From assembly GCA_977016875.1 (NCBI GenBank), contig CDRNST010000148.1, forward strand, positions 1,736,001 to 1,800,000: a stretch of DNA of 64,000 nt, given 5' to 3'. The stretch's first letter is position 1; each line of letters starts with the position of its first letter. Source of the DNA: Pavona decussata. Its lineage: Eukaryota. Position numbers and translations under genes: made by a program. Positions 12,845-25,559 of the stretch are shown here, piece by piece. The notes beneath the pieces are model-generated. The model ran no database searches. It was not told the DNA's origin and worked only from the letters and a program-made list of their open reading frames with translations.

Positions 12845-15800
12845 ACACTGTAGTCAGTGGGTCAGTCAGTCAGTCAGTCAGTTTTTTAATATTTTATATA
12901 TATCAATTAATTTGGTGTTACGTAGTTCCATTATTGCGCAAATACTTTTAACTATAAGCACATGCCCCAAGGTAAATTCTCATTGTACCTGAAGAACGCT
13001 GGCTTGGCCAGATTTAAAAAGTAATTATACGTTGCATCAGTCTCTGCTTCTATTATCATTTGTATATGTTAATCCGATCAGATCAACAATTGATCCAACG
13101 GATACCAGTAGGATTATCATCCACGGTTGCTTGCTTAGACATTAATCAATGAAGCACGCATGCGTACGAGCTGTTAAACAATCTAAGTATGTTCAGTTGA
13201 CAGATAAATACCTTGGCAGATTGCTTTCTGCAACACCGTTTCAGCCAACGAAACCATTTGGGTTCAGGATCTGTGTTTAACACGATCACAAACTCCAGAA
13301 ATGAAAGAAAGATAAATCCAAAACTGCCCAATAAGAAATAGTCTTGAGCTTTGGTGTAACTAACTGGCGGCATTTCTGCATTCGTGGAACCACAAAGCAC
13401 GATGGCCGTTAGTATGGTGGTGATTCCTAGGGATACACGCGCTGGAACGGCAACACGATCAATCCAAAAACAACACCACGAGAGAACGACAAGAGTCACT
13501 GTCGGAGAAAACACGGACGAGACGAAGTACTCCATACGGCGCTTAAACGAGAACACGACACTCAGACTGGCAAAGGATCCTGCAAATGAAAAAAACTGGC
13601 ACTCAATGAACCACTCACGAAAAGCGACCTATTCCATGTTACTGTTACTATAGAAAACGTTTAGTCAGGTATGTATGTTCTTGTTGATCTGCACAAGCTC
13701 GCACAATTACGGCGTCTCTTTAATTAACATATGCAGTCGAACCTCTTTATTACGGACACCAAGGGGACAGGGATAAGTGTCCTCATTATAGAGGTGTTCG
13801 TTTTAGAGAGGTAAGCTTTATATGGGTTTCGGTCTCTCAGGGACCGAGTGAACTGTCCATAATAGAGAGGTGTCCGTATTAAAGAGATGTCTGTAAGGAG
13901 AGGTTCCACTGTATTTATAAAATTAACTTTATTGGTAACCGTTCCTACCTCAAATGAAGCTCACTTCGTTTCGGGTGTGTAGTAAGAGAAGGAGTTAAGT
14001 CTAAGCAGGAACTGAATAGATTGCAGCTAAAAGAAGATCTGCTATCATATTGAAAAGTGAAGGAACAAGTTAGGAAACTTATAGCAGATTACCTTTGCTG
14101 TTCTTAGTGTCTTTGAACTTGGTTTCTATTGCCGTCAGTTCAAACTGTGCCATTTCTTTGGAGACAATCTCGATTCCTTTTCCCTTGTTTGCTTTAGTCT
14201 TTCGCCATTTATAATCCACGTCATCAGTAGTATGAGCATCTACAACGAGACAAACAGTGAAATCCAAATGAAGCTGGTGAAAGAGACAGTTCCTGACAAC
14301 TGCCCTGATAATTCAGATGGTTGAATTCAAATGTTTTATTACGTCCTAATTAATGTACCTATCATCCGCTATTCCCTTTGGGGGGACCGGGCAAGTCCAT
14401 CTTAGTTTATGGGAACTTATAGAACGATTTGATTGATAGTTTGCCTAGCAAATTAACTTGAAAAGCAACAGACACGATTTGGTCAAGGACCTATATACCG
14501 CACGTAGAGCAAATTTGATAGAACACGTACATAATTTGGATAAGAAGTTTAGAATTTATTTAGCAACCAATGGAGAGTACTTACAGCCTTATATAGCAAC
14601 CAAAAAAGAGTACTTACAGCCTTATGTAGCAACGAATGAAGAGTGCTTACAGCTTAATAGAGCAACCAATGAAAAGTACTTACAGCTTTAAATAGCAACC
14701 AATGAAGAGCGCTTACACCTTTATATAGCAACCAATGAAAAGTACTTACAGCCTTATATAGCAACCAATGAAAAGTACTTACAGCTTTATATAACAACCA
14801 ATGCAGAGTGCTTACAGCTTTATATAGCAACCAATAAAGAGTACTTACAGCTTTATGTAACAACCAATAGAATGCTATTCATATAACCAATAATGAGTAC
14901 TTACAGTTTTATATAGCAACCAATGGAGAGAGCTCACAGCTTTATATAGCAACCATTGAAGAGTGCTTACAGTTTTATAAGAACCAATAAAGAGTGCTTA
15001 GAGCTTTATATAGTAACCAATAAATAGTGCTCACAGCTTTATATAGCAACCAATAAAGAGTGCTTACAGCTTTATATAGCAACCAATAAAGAGTACTTAC
15101 AGCTTTATATAACAACCAATAGAATGCTATTCATATAACCAATAATGAGTACTTACAGTTTTATATAGCAACCAATGGAGAGAGCTCACAGCTTTATATA
15201 GCAACCATTGAAGAGTGCTTACAGTTTTATAAGAACCAATAAAGAGTGCTTAGAGCTTTATATAGTAACCACTAAATAGTGCTCGCAGCTTTATATAGCA
15301 ACCAATAAAGAGTGCTTACAGTTTTATATAACAACCAATTAAGAGTACTTACAGCTTTATATAGCAACCAATAAAGAGTGCTTACAGCTTTATATAGCAA
15401 CCAGTAAAGAGTGCTTACAGCTTTATATAGCAACCAATGAAGAGTACTTACAGCTTTATATAGCAACCAATAAAGAGTGCTTACAGCTTTATATAGCAAC
15501 CAATAAAGAGTACTTACAGCTTTAGATAGCAACCAATAAAGAGTGCTTACAGCTTTATATAGCAACTAATGAAGAGTAATTACAGCTTTATATAGCAACC
15601 AATAAAGAGTGCTTACAGCTTTATATAGCAACCAATAAAGAGTACTTACAGCTTTAGATAGCAACCAATAAAGAGTGCTCACAGCTTTATATAGCAACTA
15701 ATGAAGAGTAATTACAGCTTTATATAGCAACCAATAAAGAGTGCTTACAGCTTTATATAGCAACCAATAAAGAGTACTTACAGCTTTATATAGCAACTAA

Positions 15801-18800
15801 TGAAGAGTGCTTACAGCTTTATATAGCAACCAATAAAGAGTGCTTACAGCTTTATATAGCAACCAATAAAGAGTACTTACAGCTTTAGATAGCAACCAAT
15901 AAAGAGTGCTCACAGCTTTATATAGCAACTAATGAAGAGTGCTTACAGCTTTATATAGCAACCAATAAAGAGTGCTTACAGCTTTATATAGCAACCAATA
16001 AAGAGTGCTTACAGCTTTAGATAGCAACCAATAAAGAGTGCTTACAGCTTTATATAGCAACCAATAAAGAGTGCTTACAGCTTTATATAGCAACCAAGAA
16101 AGAGTGCTTACAGCTTTATATAGCAACCAATGGAGAGAGCTTACAGCTTTATATAGCAACCAATGGAGAGTGCTTACAGCCTAATGTAGCAACCAATGAA
16201 GAGTGCTCACAGCTTTATATGACAACCAATAAAGAGTGCTTACAGCCTTATATAACAACCAATGAAGAGTGCTTACAGCTTTATGTAGCAACCAATAAAG
16301 AGTGCTTACAGCCTTATATAACAACCAATAAAGAGTGCTTACAGCCTTATATAACAACCAATGAAGAGTGCTTACAGCTTTATGTAGCAACCAATAAAGA
16401 GTGGTGACAGCTTTATATAACAACCAATGAAGATTACTTACAGCTTTATGTAGCAACCAATGAAGAGTACTTACAGCTTTATATAGCAGCCAATGAAGAG
16501 TGCTTACAGTTTTATATAACAACCAATGAAGGGTGCTTAGAGCTCTTTCTAGCAACCAATTAAGAGTGCTTACAGCTTTATATAGCAACCAATGAAGAGT
16601 ACTAACAGCTTTACATAACAACCAATGAAGATTACTCACAGGTTTATGTGGCAACCAATGAAGAGTGCTTTCAGTTTTATATAGCAACCAATGAAGAGTG
16701 CTTACAGCTTTATATAACAACCAATGAAGGGTGCTTAGAGCTCTTTCTAGCAACCAATAAAGAGTGCTTACAGCCTTATATAGCAACCAATGAAGAGTAC
16801 TTACAGCTTTATATAGCAACCAATGAAGAGTGCTTACAGTTTTATATAACAACCCATGAAGAGTACTCACAGCTTTATATAGCAACTAATGAAGAATGCT
16901 TACAGCTCTATGTAGCAACTAATGAAGAGTGCTTACAGTTTTATATAACAACCAATGAAAAGTACTCACAGCTTTCAATAATCAGGGGACAGTGTTGGGT
17001 GTCCATTGGATAGAGTCGAAAATCCATATCACACTGAGCTGTCAATGTTATCCTTAAAAATGACAAAGAAAGAGCTTGGTTAACGCTTCAAGCCCCAATA
17101 CCAGCGTACTAATTCTTCTTACTTGCCTTTAAATATTATTAGTACAGAAATTGCTGGGAGAACTTGTTTAAATATCAAGATAATCTAACTTTGACTATTA
17201 TCCCCGTAAGAAGCATACTTGATTTATTGATCATATCTGTTGAAGCAATAGATGATGATTGATGTCAACGAGTACATTCTTCTCACTGTTTTTCATATAA
17301 TTCTTGTGATACTAGTTAGGAGAATAAGTTCGAGTATCCGTACATCTTTGGTGATCATTTCCCTTATTCTAATGACCTGTTTGTTCAATGATTTCATCAA
17401 ATTTACACTCTTGGCCTATTTTTGTGAAAAGTTGACAGGTATTCCTCGACCAGTTTTAGACCAGCCTAATCTATAACCCCTGCCCAATACATTCATCTTC
17501 TAGTACTGGTTGGTTATTTTTCGAGTGGATAACATTATTAGATTAGAGCAGTTTTCATTTCAATGTCGAAAGTCGGTGATTAATTGCGTTTGCTTTGGTT
17601 TTACTTTACTACGCTTGTGATTGGTTGAAAAATCTCGTGCCAAAACCAATCTTGACATGCCTGCACGCGTTTTTTCGCGCTTGGCGCCGGTTACATGTAT
17701 TTTCTTGAATTTTGATTGTTTCTTTGCCCTGTTTGTGTCTGTTGTGATTGGCCAGAGAATTTGTTTTGGTTTTGTTTTTACGACACTCAATTGAAAACCG
17801 CTCTATTCCGTCGTCATGGTTTGCCATTATTACAGTTTATGTTTTGGACTGAGATATACCACCTGGATAAAATTGTCTTCTTTCAATTAGACATTCAACG
17901 CTTCACTCCCGTTCATCATCAGACCTACCAACTGCAACACATACCTTGCGCTGAAGTAAATCTTTCCTGATGAATAAATCATGACGCGCATATTTTCTCG
18001 AGTTACGAAATGGTACTTGATGCTTTTCACATTAAAGAAGTAAGTGTCCGGAGTCCAGAACAGCTTCGTGGGATCTGCCGCCATGTTGAACGGTATGCTA
18101 GAATTATGTTTGAATCTCGGATCGTACCACCATTGGCGGAAAAAAATGTCCATGGAATATTCCTGGTGGTCGAAAATGAAAGCAAAATTATTGTATCTTA
18201 GATGTCTAGCGCTATCCCGATTAATTTGAGGATTTGCTCGGCAGGGTAATGCACTTTTTCAAATTCATCGTTACGTTTTCACAGAAAATCCACGTCCTCG
18301 ATATCATTAAGAGGTGGATCTTAGGTCGGTCCTCTAATCCAGAACCAATCGTTCGATTGGTTTTTAAGGAGGGAGGAAAACAAGAGAGTTTAGAGGAAAA
18401 CCCTTTAAACCAGTCGATACAAAAGTTGACCAATAACAAGTTTAATTCATAGATGGACGGACTCTGAGTTCACGATTTGAGTCCGGGTCATATTGCAAAA
18501 AATGACTTAGACGTACAGGCTAACAGCAATAGAACATACCATGTTTGCCTCGTTTAGCTCACTAAATGAAACGACCTTGACCTCAACCGTCACTTCTACT
18601 GGGGTTCCTTTAAAAAACAAACAAACAAACAAACAAACAAAAAAATTCAAATGAGATGGTGACGAAAATGAACGGCATCAAGAACTCGGTGTTGGGGGAA
18701 GGGAGGGTAAAGCCAGCTCCACCATCAAAAGACTTCATGATAACCCACGCAAGTGATCCGGCTCGAAAGTTATAATTTCCGTTTATTTTGTGGAGGGTTT

Positions 18801-21800
18801 CCATAAACACCAGCCTGGTTACTGAATGGGCCACCCTGCCTAAAGAAAATCTTCTTGTCTTGTTTTGTTGTTTTACACAGGTTGCTGCTTTTCAAAAATT
18901 TATTCTCCGAGAATTTTTCCGCAGCACGCGGTCAAGGGGACTAAGACGAATGTGGAGTCCAGGCTCCAGTCGTTGAAAGCGGCGGATAACTTAAGCCATG
19001 TATCATTTGGTATACATTTTATCCACATGTCATGTTCAGTGGAAAACGACTTCTCCTAGCACGTCACTAAATGCAATTTACAGAATCGTAAACAAATAAA
19101 GGAAAATAGCGAAGAAGCCAAAAGAACTGCAGCACGTGCTTCCTCAACTAATGTTAAATTACAACGATTATTAAAACGACAGTGGTGAGATACTGCCGGG
19201 GAAATAACAATTAATGACAACATACAATAAAAAAGGGAAAGAAAAATGGAAGCAAGAAAGAAAAGTAATGATTAAAGGGAGAATGGGGGAAAAGTAGAAA
19301 TTAAGTAAGAAGGTACTTCTTCAACTTGTTTAAACTGAGTTGCAACACTTATTGAGTTTTGGATGTCTAGGCTGAGCGAATTAAAAAACAGAGGACCCTG
19401 GCATGGTACTGGAACGTGTAACAAGTTTGTACAATTTTGTACCCAACCTACCCTTCCCCGGGTTAAATCGCTGGGATCCTAGGAAATAACGACCCATAGA
19501 TCTCCAACGTCGTTCACAACAGGATCCACTAAGAGAGGGGTTGTGTATATAAAGAAAAAAGTTACAACTCATCTTTTTAGGAAAGTTTTTCTATAGAATT
19601 AAATACCACATTTAGACATTTTGTACATTAGAAATATTAGACCTAAATATGTAAATGTAATTTTCTTTTTTTTATTCAGTATTGTATGGTGTAATGAAAT
19701 TTATTTGCTGTAATTGCATGTAAAGCGCGATTGGATATTTCTGGAAATCGCGCTATATAAATAAATTATTATTATTAAAGTATTATTATAATCAAAATCA
19801 TAATCAGTCATACTAAATAGCCATGTAAAGCACTATTTCCCAAATATGTTTTACATTAATGTAATAAGTTATATAAAAATTCGTTTGATTTTCATACGAG
19901 AACGACATGAAGATTTGATCACGCAAATAAATAATATTTTGTCATTTACACTTAAAACACCACTTTTTTAAGAATAACTGCCACAATCGGTTAATTTATG
20001 TAACTCTTGAATAGTGCAGGGACCACTTGTGCAAACAGCAGCAAAGTGTAGCCGGATCTTTGTGTAGATCAGGGTCAGCAATGTTGAATAAAACGTAAAA
20101 TTAAATGCAAGGCTGATCGCACAGCTAAAATAATTTTATTGCCCAATATTAAGCTTAGCTTTTTGCCGCCCCTGAAGAAGGTTAGTATTGTCTAACCGAA
20201 ATATTGGGCAATAAAATTATTTTAGCTGTCCGATCAGCCTTGCATTTAATTTTACGTATAATTTATGTAAACCGAACGCGGACAGAAAAATGATTATTTG
20301 CCCTCGTTTTCGTACGTATTTGCACCGAATGTAAAAGAACAAGACGGCAGGCACTCACCGCCCGCGTTGGGACGTAGTTTTCGATCATATGATCCCAGAA
20401 TTCCATTGATGGTAGCAGATAAATTGGCAGCTTCCTGCTGACCTCGTTCCCAGTCCTCATCGCTTTCCTCTACAGACCTTAAACCAACATTGAGAATTTT
20501 AATTCTTAAAAGAACCAGCAAGGAAATTTTCGAAAGACGCACTAGCATTAAATCAGATTAACGTATGATATAAAACAAAATATATAAAACAAAATTTACT
20601 TAGATATTTTGTAATTATTAAATTTTGTAATTATCAAATTATGAAAGTAATGATGATGATAATAATCCAAAAAGTAGAGGGTTTGCACGTCATTTTACAT
20701 AATATTAGACGAGGAGTTATTTTAATTCTCTGCTTGTTTTGTTTTGTATATAATGGAGGTAAGTGTTTGTCGGTTATCGTTAGCGGCTGTACTTGTGATC
20801 GATCCCGTCGAATAAAGCCAGGTGAAATAATAAGTAGTATATTCCACTCGACCAGTAGATAACAGGAAATAACCAGTAGAATACAGGAAATAAATCCTAT
20901 GTCACTTACGGACTTAAAAAACTGAAAGGACTTTGAAAATACGTACAGCGCAGCCACAATATTCCATTATTTATTTACTGAAAATAAATATTTTGGAATT
21001 TAAATGGGTGATCAAGTTCACTTGCAGTTTTGTTTTGTTTGAATACATTCAGTGATTGGTTAGAACTCGTGCTGGTTTATTACACAATTGGAAGTAAAAC
21101 CACAACCAATTGTGTCTTCGTTTCCCGCATTTTCCCGCCCTTAGGTTTGGTTACGTAACAGTATTTAATTCGAGTTGTGATTGGTCCATTGTACTTTTAT
21201 AGTTACTGTGGTTAACGGTCTGCAGATTTCGCCTGATGCAGATCGACCTACCACTAAGAAAGACCGCTACCAAATTGACCTCATTGAATTATGTTTACGC
21301 GAAAAGAAATGGTCAAAAGAAGACTAATTTGGGCTACCTTTGAAAACCTCTTCCTGTTTGTCCCAGTAATTCTGTAAACAAACCTAACGAAGACTTCTTA
21401 TTTCGTGTTGGGCAGTCTCATGCTTCTTGATATTGATGCATACAAATCATTCATACACAGGCATTCGGAAAATTTGTAATCCTTCTCTATACCTACATTT
21501 GCAAAATGTACTCGATAAACCCGGTATCATAGCGATAATTCATGACAGATTTCCCGTTTTGGGCTTAGAGTTTGGGTTGGGTTTCATCTCAAAATGAAAT
21601 CTGTTAAAGAAATGTTATTGTCCCTGTCAAGATTTTCGAGTGATAAAAATAATTAATACAAAAGTTGCCCACAACAATAAAGCGACATTACAATGATTTT
21701 GAAAGGCAATAACAACAGAGGAAAGAAAGAGGGCGAAAAAAGAGAAAAAAAGGAAAAATATAGGAGCTAGTAACTTGTATACACTAAGATTAACATGCAT

Positions 21801-22528
21801 AGCCATACGACTATAAGCACCTTAATATTTGCTCCTTCAGTACAATCTTATCCAGTTACTGGCGATCATTCAAATTTTAATAAGTAAAACTACTTTACCT
21901 GCGGCTGTAGGTGAACCGGTGTGGGCTAAGCTACTTGCTTAGTTTACAAGTAAAATGTTGGGCACTGAATATCGTTACGACGGCAGTCTGTGATTTTTAA
22001 CTACTCGTGAACTAAAAGTCATTTAGATCATGTTGATTTTCACGCAAAAGCAATGTTGTTCAAAACTTAAAGAAAATAGCAAATTTGGGTTTGTAAAACA
22101 TTGAAAAGGAAATAACCTGATAGTAACTGACGTTCTTCGGTGCCAAAGCTTCCGTTTCTGGTTTTGGCATGATTGAACGCAATTAAACTAATAATTTTTA
22201 TTAATGTTCAGACTCGATAGTTAGATTACCAGAAAAACGATAATGAAATATATTTAAAATCGCCACATTTTGACACTTTCATAAGTGAAATTCGAATCGT
22301 TTAATTATAATAGGACCTCCACCTTACACTACGCGACTAAATGTAAAAATAACTTCACTTTGCTTGTAACAATACATGCGGAGCTAAACCTGATATTATT
22401 TCAGAGATTGACGTCTTTTCCATATGATTTTTTTTCCACACTCACCTTTCGTGTCGCTCGGCGGTTATTGAAAACCCGCTGCATGAAAAAGCGACGGCTA
22501 CCAACAAACATGGTAGAAAAGTCACCAT
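11599..22528 (-). CDS. Cys-loop ligand-gated anion channel subunit (GABA-A/glycine-receptor-like), 494 aa, 9 coding exons
   Basis: Exons 22528-22446, 20477-20359, 18607-18540, 18162-17945, 17052-16970, 14239-14093, 13579-13212, 12340-12293, 11949-11599; total 1485 nt, all GT-AG and in phase. Features: signal peptide MVTFLPCLLVAVAFSCSG; YDRKLRP; loop D DIFFRQWWYDPR; loop A WTPDTYFFN; Cys-loop CDMDFRLYPMDTQHC; loop B ESYAH; M1-M2 WIDRVAVPARVSLGITTILT; M2-M3 loop PPVSYTKAQD; M4 VDLLSRMIFPASYATFLVLFW. Confidence 0.95.
12592..12881. repeat. Compound microsatellite: (CCAA)n followed by imperfect (AGTC)n
   Basis: Directly visible tetranucleotide runs in intron 7 of the channel gene. Confidence 0.95.
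12980..13142 (+). mobile_element. Degenerate Penelope-like pLTR fragment with broken hammerhead motif
   Basis: CTGAAGA-ACG-CTGGC-TTG-GCCAG at 12989 gives the 5' core and stem II, but the GAAA half of the core is missing. Confidence 0.4.
13734..13911. mobile_element. Tc1/mariner(pogo)-type MITE
   Basis: TIRs CAGTCGAACCTCT / AGAGGTTCCACTG, followed by TA. Internal repeats of AGAGAGGTGTCC. Confidence 0.8.
14555..16975. repeat. 30-bp minisatellite, ~80 copies, filling intron 5 of the channel gene
   Basis: Unit on the + strand is GCAACCAATAAAGAGTGCTTACAGCTTTATATA-like with period 30. The array abuts and overlaps the exon 5 donor at 16970/16969. Confidence 0.97.
17544..17804. mobile_element. Palindromic MITE-like insertion
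   Basis: Imperfect terminal inverted repeats TAGAGCAGTTTTCA...TGAAAACCGCTCTA, with internal TGATTGG repeats. Confidence 0.65.
19560..19790 (+). mobile_element. 3' tail of an L2/CR1-group LINE (degenerate)
   Basis: Stem GTAAAGCGCGATT...AATCGCGCTAT followed by AATAAA and an (ATT)n tail, the typical L2-like 3' end layout. Confidence 0.45.
20091..20259 (+). mobile_element. Penelope-like pLTR remnant: ~58-bp inverted repeat with a minimal hammerhead ribozyme motif
   Basis: Near-perfect inverted arms at 20093-20150 and 20200-20257. Core: GCCC-CTGAAGA-A-GGTTAG-tattgt-CTAACC-GAAA-T-ATT-GGGC at 20168-20209. Confidence 0.7.
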
Positions 22529-25500
22529 ACGATTCAGGGCAGGCATTCTAGAGTTTTGTGTATTAAAATGAAACAAAGCAAAGTTAAATGCAACCTGAAA
22601 ATCAAAAGTAGAGTTTGGAGAGACGTCTTTTCGAAGAAAAAGAAAATATTTTATATAACAATAACATCTTACTTGTGCGCTTCACAATCATAAAAGCGAC
22701 GTCTCCTGATTTTAATTCGGATTCGAAATATTTCAGTATTTCCTAGAGTTTTGTTTCGTCAGGGTAAGCTAAGAATATTTTAAATACAACGTTTAGTTTC
22801 CATTTGAGATGAAGCCTCGCGTCAGGCAAGAAAATTTGGAAAACAATCAATTAGTCACCACAACGTATTAGCAAAATTGTCGACTTATTAATAATAAATC
22901 ACCTACAAAGTTATAGACACCATTTTCAAAAACAGCCATGTCCCTTTATTAACAATCTTAAAAATCTAGAGCATTGTAAGTTATTTGTATAAACTATTAC
23001 ATTGTCTATTAAATCAAGTTGGATATTCCGCGCGTATTAAATATTTAGTTCTGTATATTTCTAATATTCCTGTATCAATATCATGCGACGAGTACAGTTC
23101 TGAATTTTTTTTTTATTTAGCGATCCAAATTTAAATAGTTTCAGGCTACAGCTTTAGCCAAACTGAATAGCTTCCAAGCAGTGTATCAGGGACTGGTTTA
23201 GTTATCGAGCCTGCTGGATACCTGCCATCTATTGTAAATGAAGATTTTTGCGTCGAAATGTTTTGCGACATAGAGAGCCTTGCTGCTATCAAGAAATCCA
23301 TGCAAAGAAACGAAAAATAACAAAGCTCTTTTGATTATCGTCCCTCTCAGTGTTAGGACATTTTTGACGAGAACGCCAACAACACGTAAAAGAAACGCTG
23401 CTCGCAAACGCTAATTAATTAAGATAACGTCGTGTTCTGCGATGAAAATGAATCCAAGTATGCCGCCCGCATGTTGCACATCTAAGCTGACAAGTTTAGA
23501 AGACCGCGGTTAATAATAAATGCAGTGACAAAAATTATCTGAGAATGTCTGAGAATCCGGCTTGATAAAATAAACAAATCAAGTATTTAAACGGAGTACG
23601 TATAAATGACCTGGTTGCCGTTAGAGGCCTTAAAATGAAATATAAACAACTGAACAACATCTAATGATGCTTTGACAATGTTTTTTTTGACACGTTTTAA
23701 TTTTAACACTGTTTTCAGGTATATCAATGGATTCTTTTGCCATGCATCATATCTGACAGGGAAGGATTAAATACATGTTAGGCGATATTAATATTCTGCA
23801 CTATAGTTTGAGACCAAAGAGTGCGCACAAAAGCGACACATTAAAATTTCAAATACACAACCCACACCCTTACTATGCAAACCAAATAATTTGTTCCTTG
23901 AGCCGCAACACTATGTATCCAATTTGCGGCCTTTCTTAATAAGCCCTTCAGTTTCAGACTACAGCTAGGTTAGAACAAGTCAACAAAATAAAAAAGAAAA
24001 AGCGAGGCAGAGAAGGAGACAGAGAAATTGTGCAGTATGTACTTACATATGTCATATGCAAGATGTTTTGGTGTGGTGATATTGCTTTTTATTTTCACAC
24101 CCGCCGGGTGAGTCAAAATACCGCAAACAAAGAGAAAGATAAACAACGATATAGATACTTTACACCAAGACTGATCTCACGAGACAATTATCATCCAACT
24201 AACTTCCTGAAATAGCTAGCTATGTGAATAATCACGGTATTTCGAACACGTTCGCGTTTTCAGCTCGAGCAGCGAGCAGCAAGTGAAGCCGATAGATAAC
24301 AAATTATTGTTTCATGATTCCAAAAGATCTTATTCGAATCCATCGCTATTGAATTGCCAGTGGAACTAGCTGCTACACGATGCGGGGGAATCTTTTGACA
24401 TGCAAATATTCTTTATTTGTATATACCGTACAAGTGAATAGTGCCTTTTCGCGCGCGTTGATTGGCTAGCTTGGAGGTGATTAGCCAAAAACTATTCACC
24501 TCCACTTCGGTGAATAATTGTTATATATATTCACCCGCAAGAGCCTCCATTGCAAACTATGATCCAATTCAATACCAAGAATACGAGTACAGTCTATTAC
24601 TATTACTACTGCAACTTACTACACTACTGTACTACTTGTAACAGTTGTTATATACGCTCGGCTGTGGCGATGAAAACCGCTATGACATAGACAAAGAGGT
24701 ATAAAAACTTGACGTATAAATTTACATTAATTTGTTGCTGAGTCTCGGCGGAAGCCGAAGTAGAGAATATCGATATCCCGACAGTGGCTGGACTTACGCT
24801 CCATAAAACTTCGTTATCATACGTAAAGTTGTTTGAAAATGAACTATTGAACAAAGCACCAGTCTGACGCGTTCCGAAAACATTAAAATGGATGCATTTT
24901 GCTAGTACAGGCATCATTAAGCTCTACTTTGTGACAAAAAAAACAAAACAAAAAAAAAACAAAAAACAAAAAAAAAAAAAACAGAACAAAACAAAAAAAA
25001 AACAAAAAAACAAATTTGCGGTGGAGCAAAGTGTAAGAGTTTAAGCTTCTAAAACAGCTGATCATGATCGAAACTGTAATAGAACATGAATTTAAAAGGA
25101 AGGCCCTTCCTCCAGTATAATAAATGCTCCACGCATGCGCCGTGAGTCTTGCCACTCTAAATTCATTTTTGATTAAAATTTTACACAGTTCTCTAGTAGT
25201 TGACGTGGTTTCACCTAACATTCGACATTTTTGATAGTGCTCAATAACCTTGCCGTTCGTAGGGTGGTGTCATGTTCAGTATATGACGTAGTATATGACC
25301 TAATTTGGATGAGTCTAGCTGTAGCTCAGAGATTAGAGCAGGTTATGAGCTCGGCTACCGTCGGATCTCAGAATTTTGCATCCCTGACTGTCTCTTCCGG
25401 AAGAACCTTATGACCGGGGCTCATGACCAATGATTTTTTTTTAGAATATTATCTTTCATAATTGTATGTTAAAATACAATTTCCTTTTTTTCGGGCGAAC

Positions 25501-25559
25501 TGCAGCGGCAGATTGTTCTGAAAACGTTTTTAATAATAGTTAAAATTTCAGAAAACGAC

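Noticed and set aside
14555-16975. Regular ~30-bp periodicity resembling a CRISPR array
   Set aside because: The units are head-to-tail with no unique spacers, there are no cas genes, and the context is a eukaryotic intron.
14654-17013. Repetitive ORFs (LYKAVSTLHWL / IATNEECLQLY repeats, up to 234 aa)
   Set aside because: These are by-products of a 30-bp intronic tandem repeat. They are interrupted by stops and are not in the channel's reading frame.
24648-24917. 89-aa minus-strand ORF upstream of the channel gene
   Set aside because: No recognisable motif. At most a 5' UTR exon (GTAAGT donor near 24797), unsupported without cDNA.
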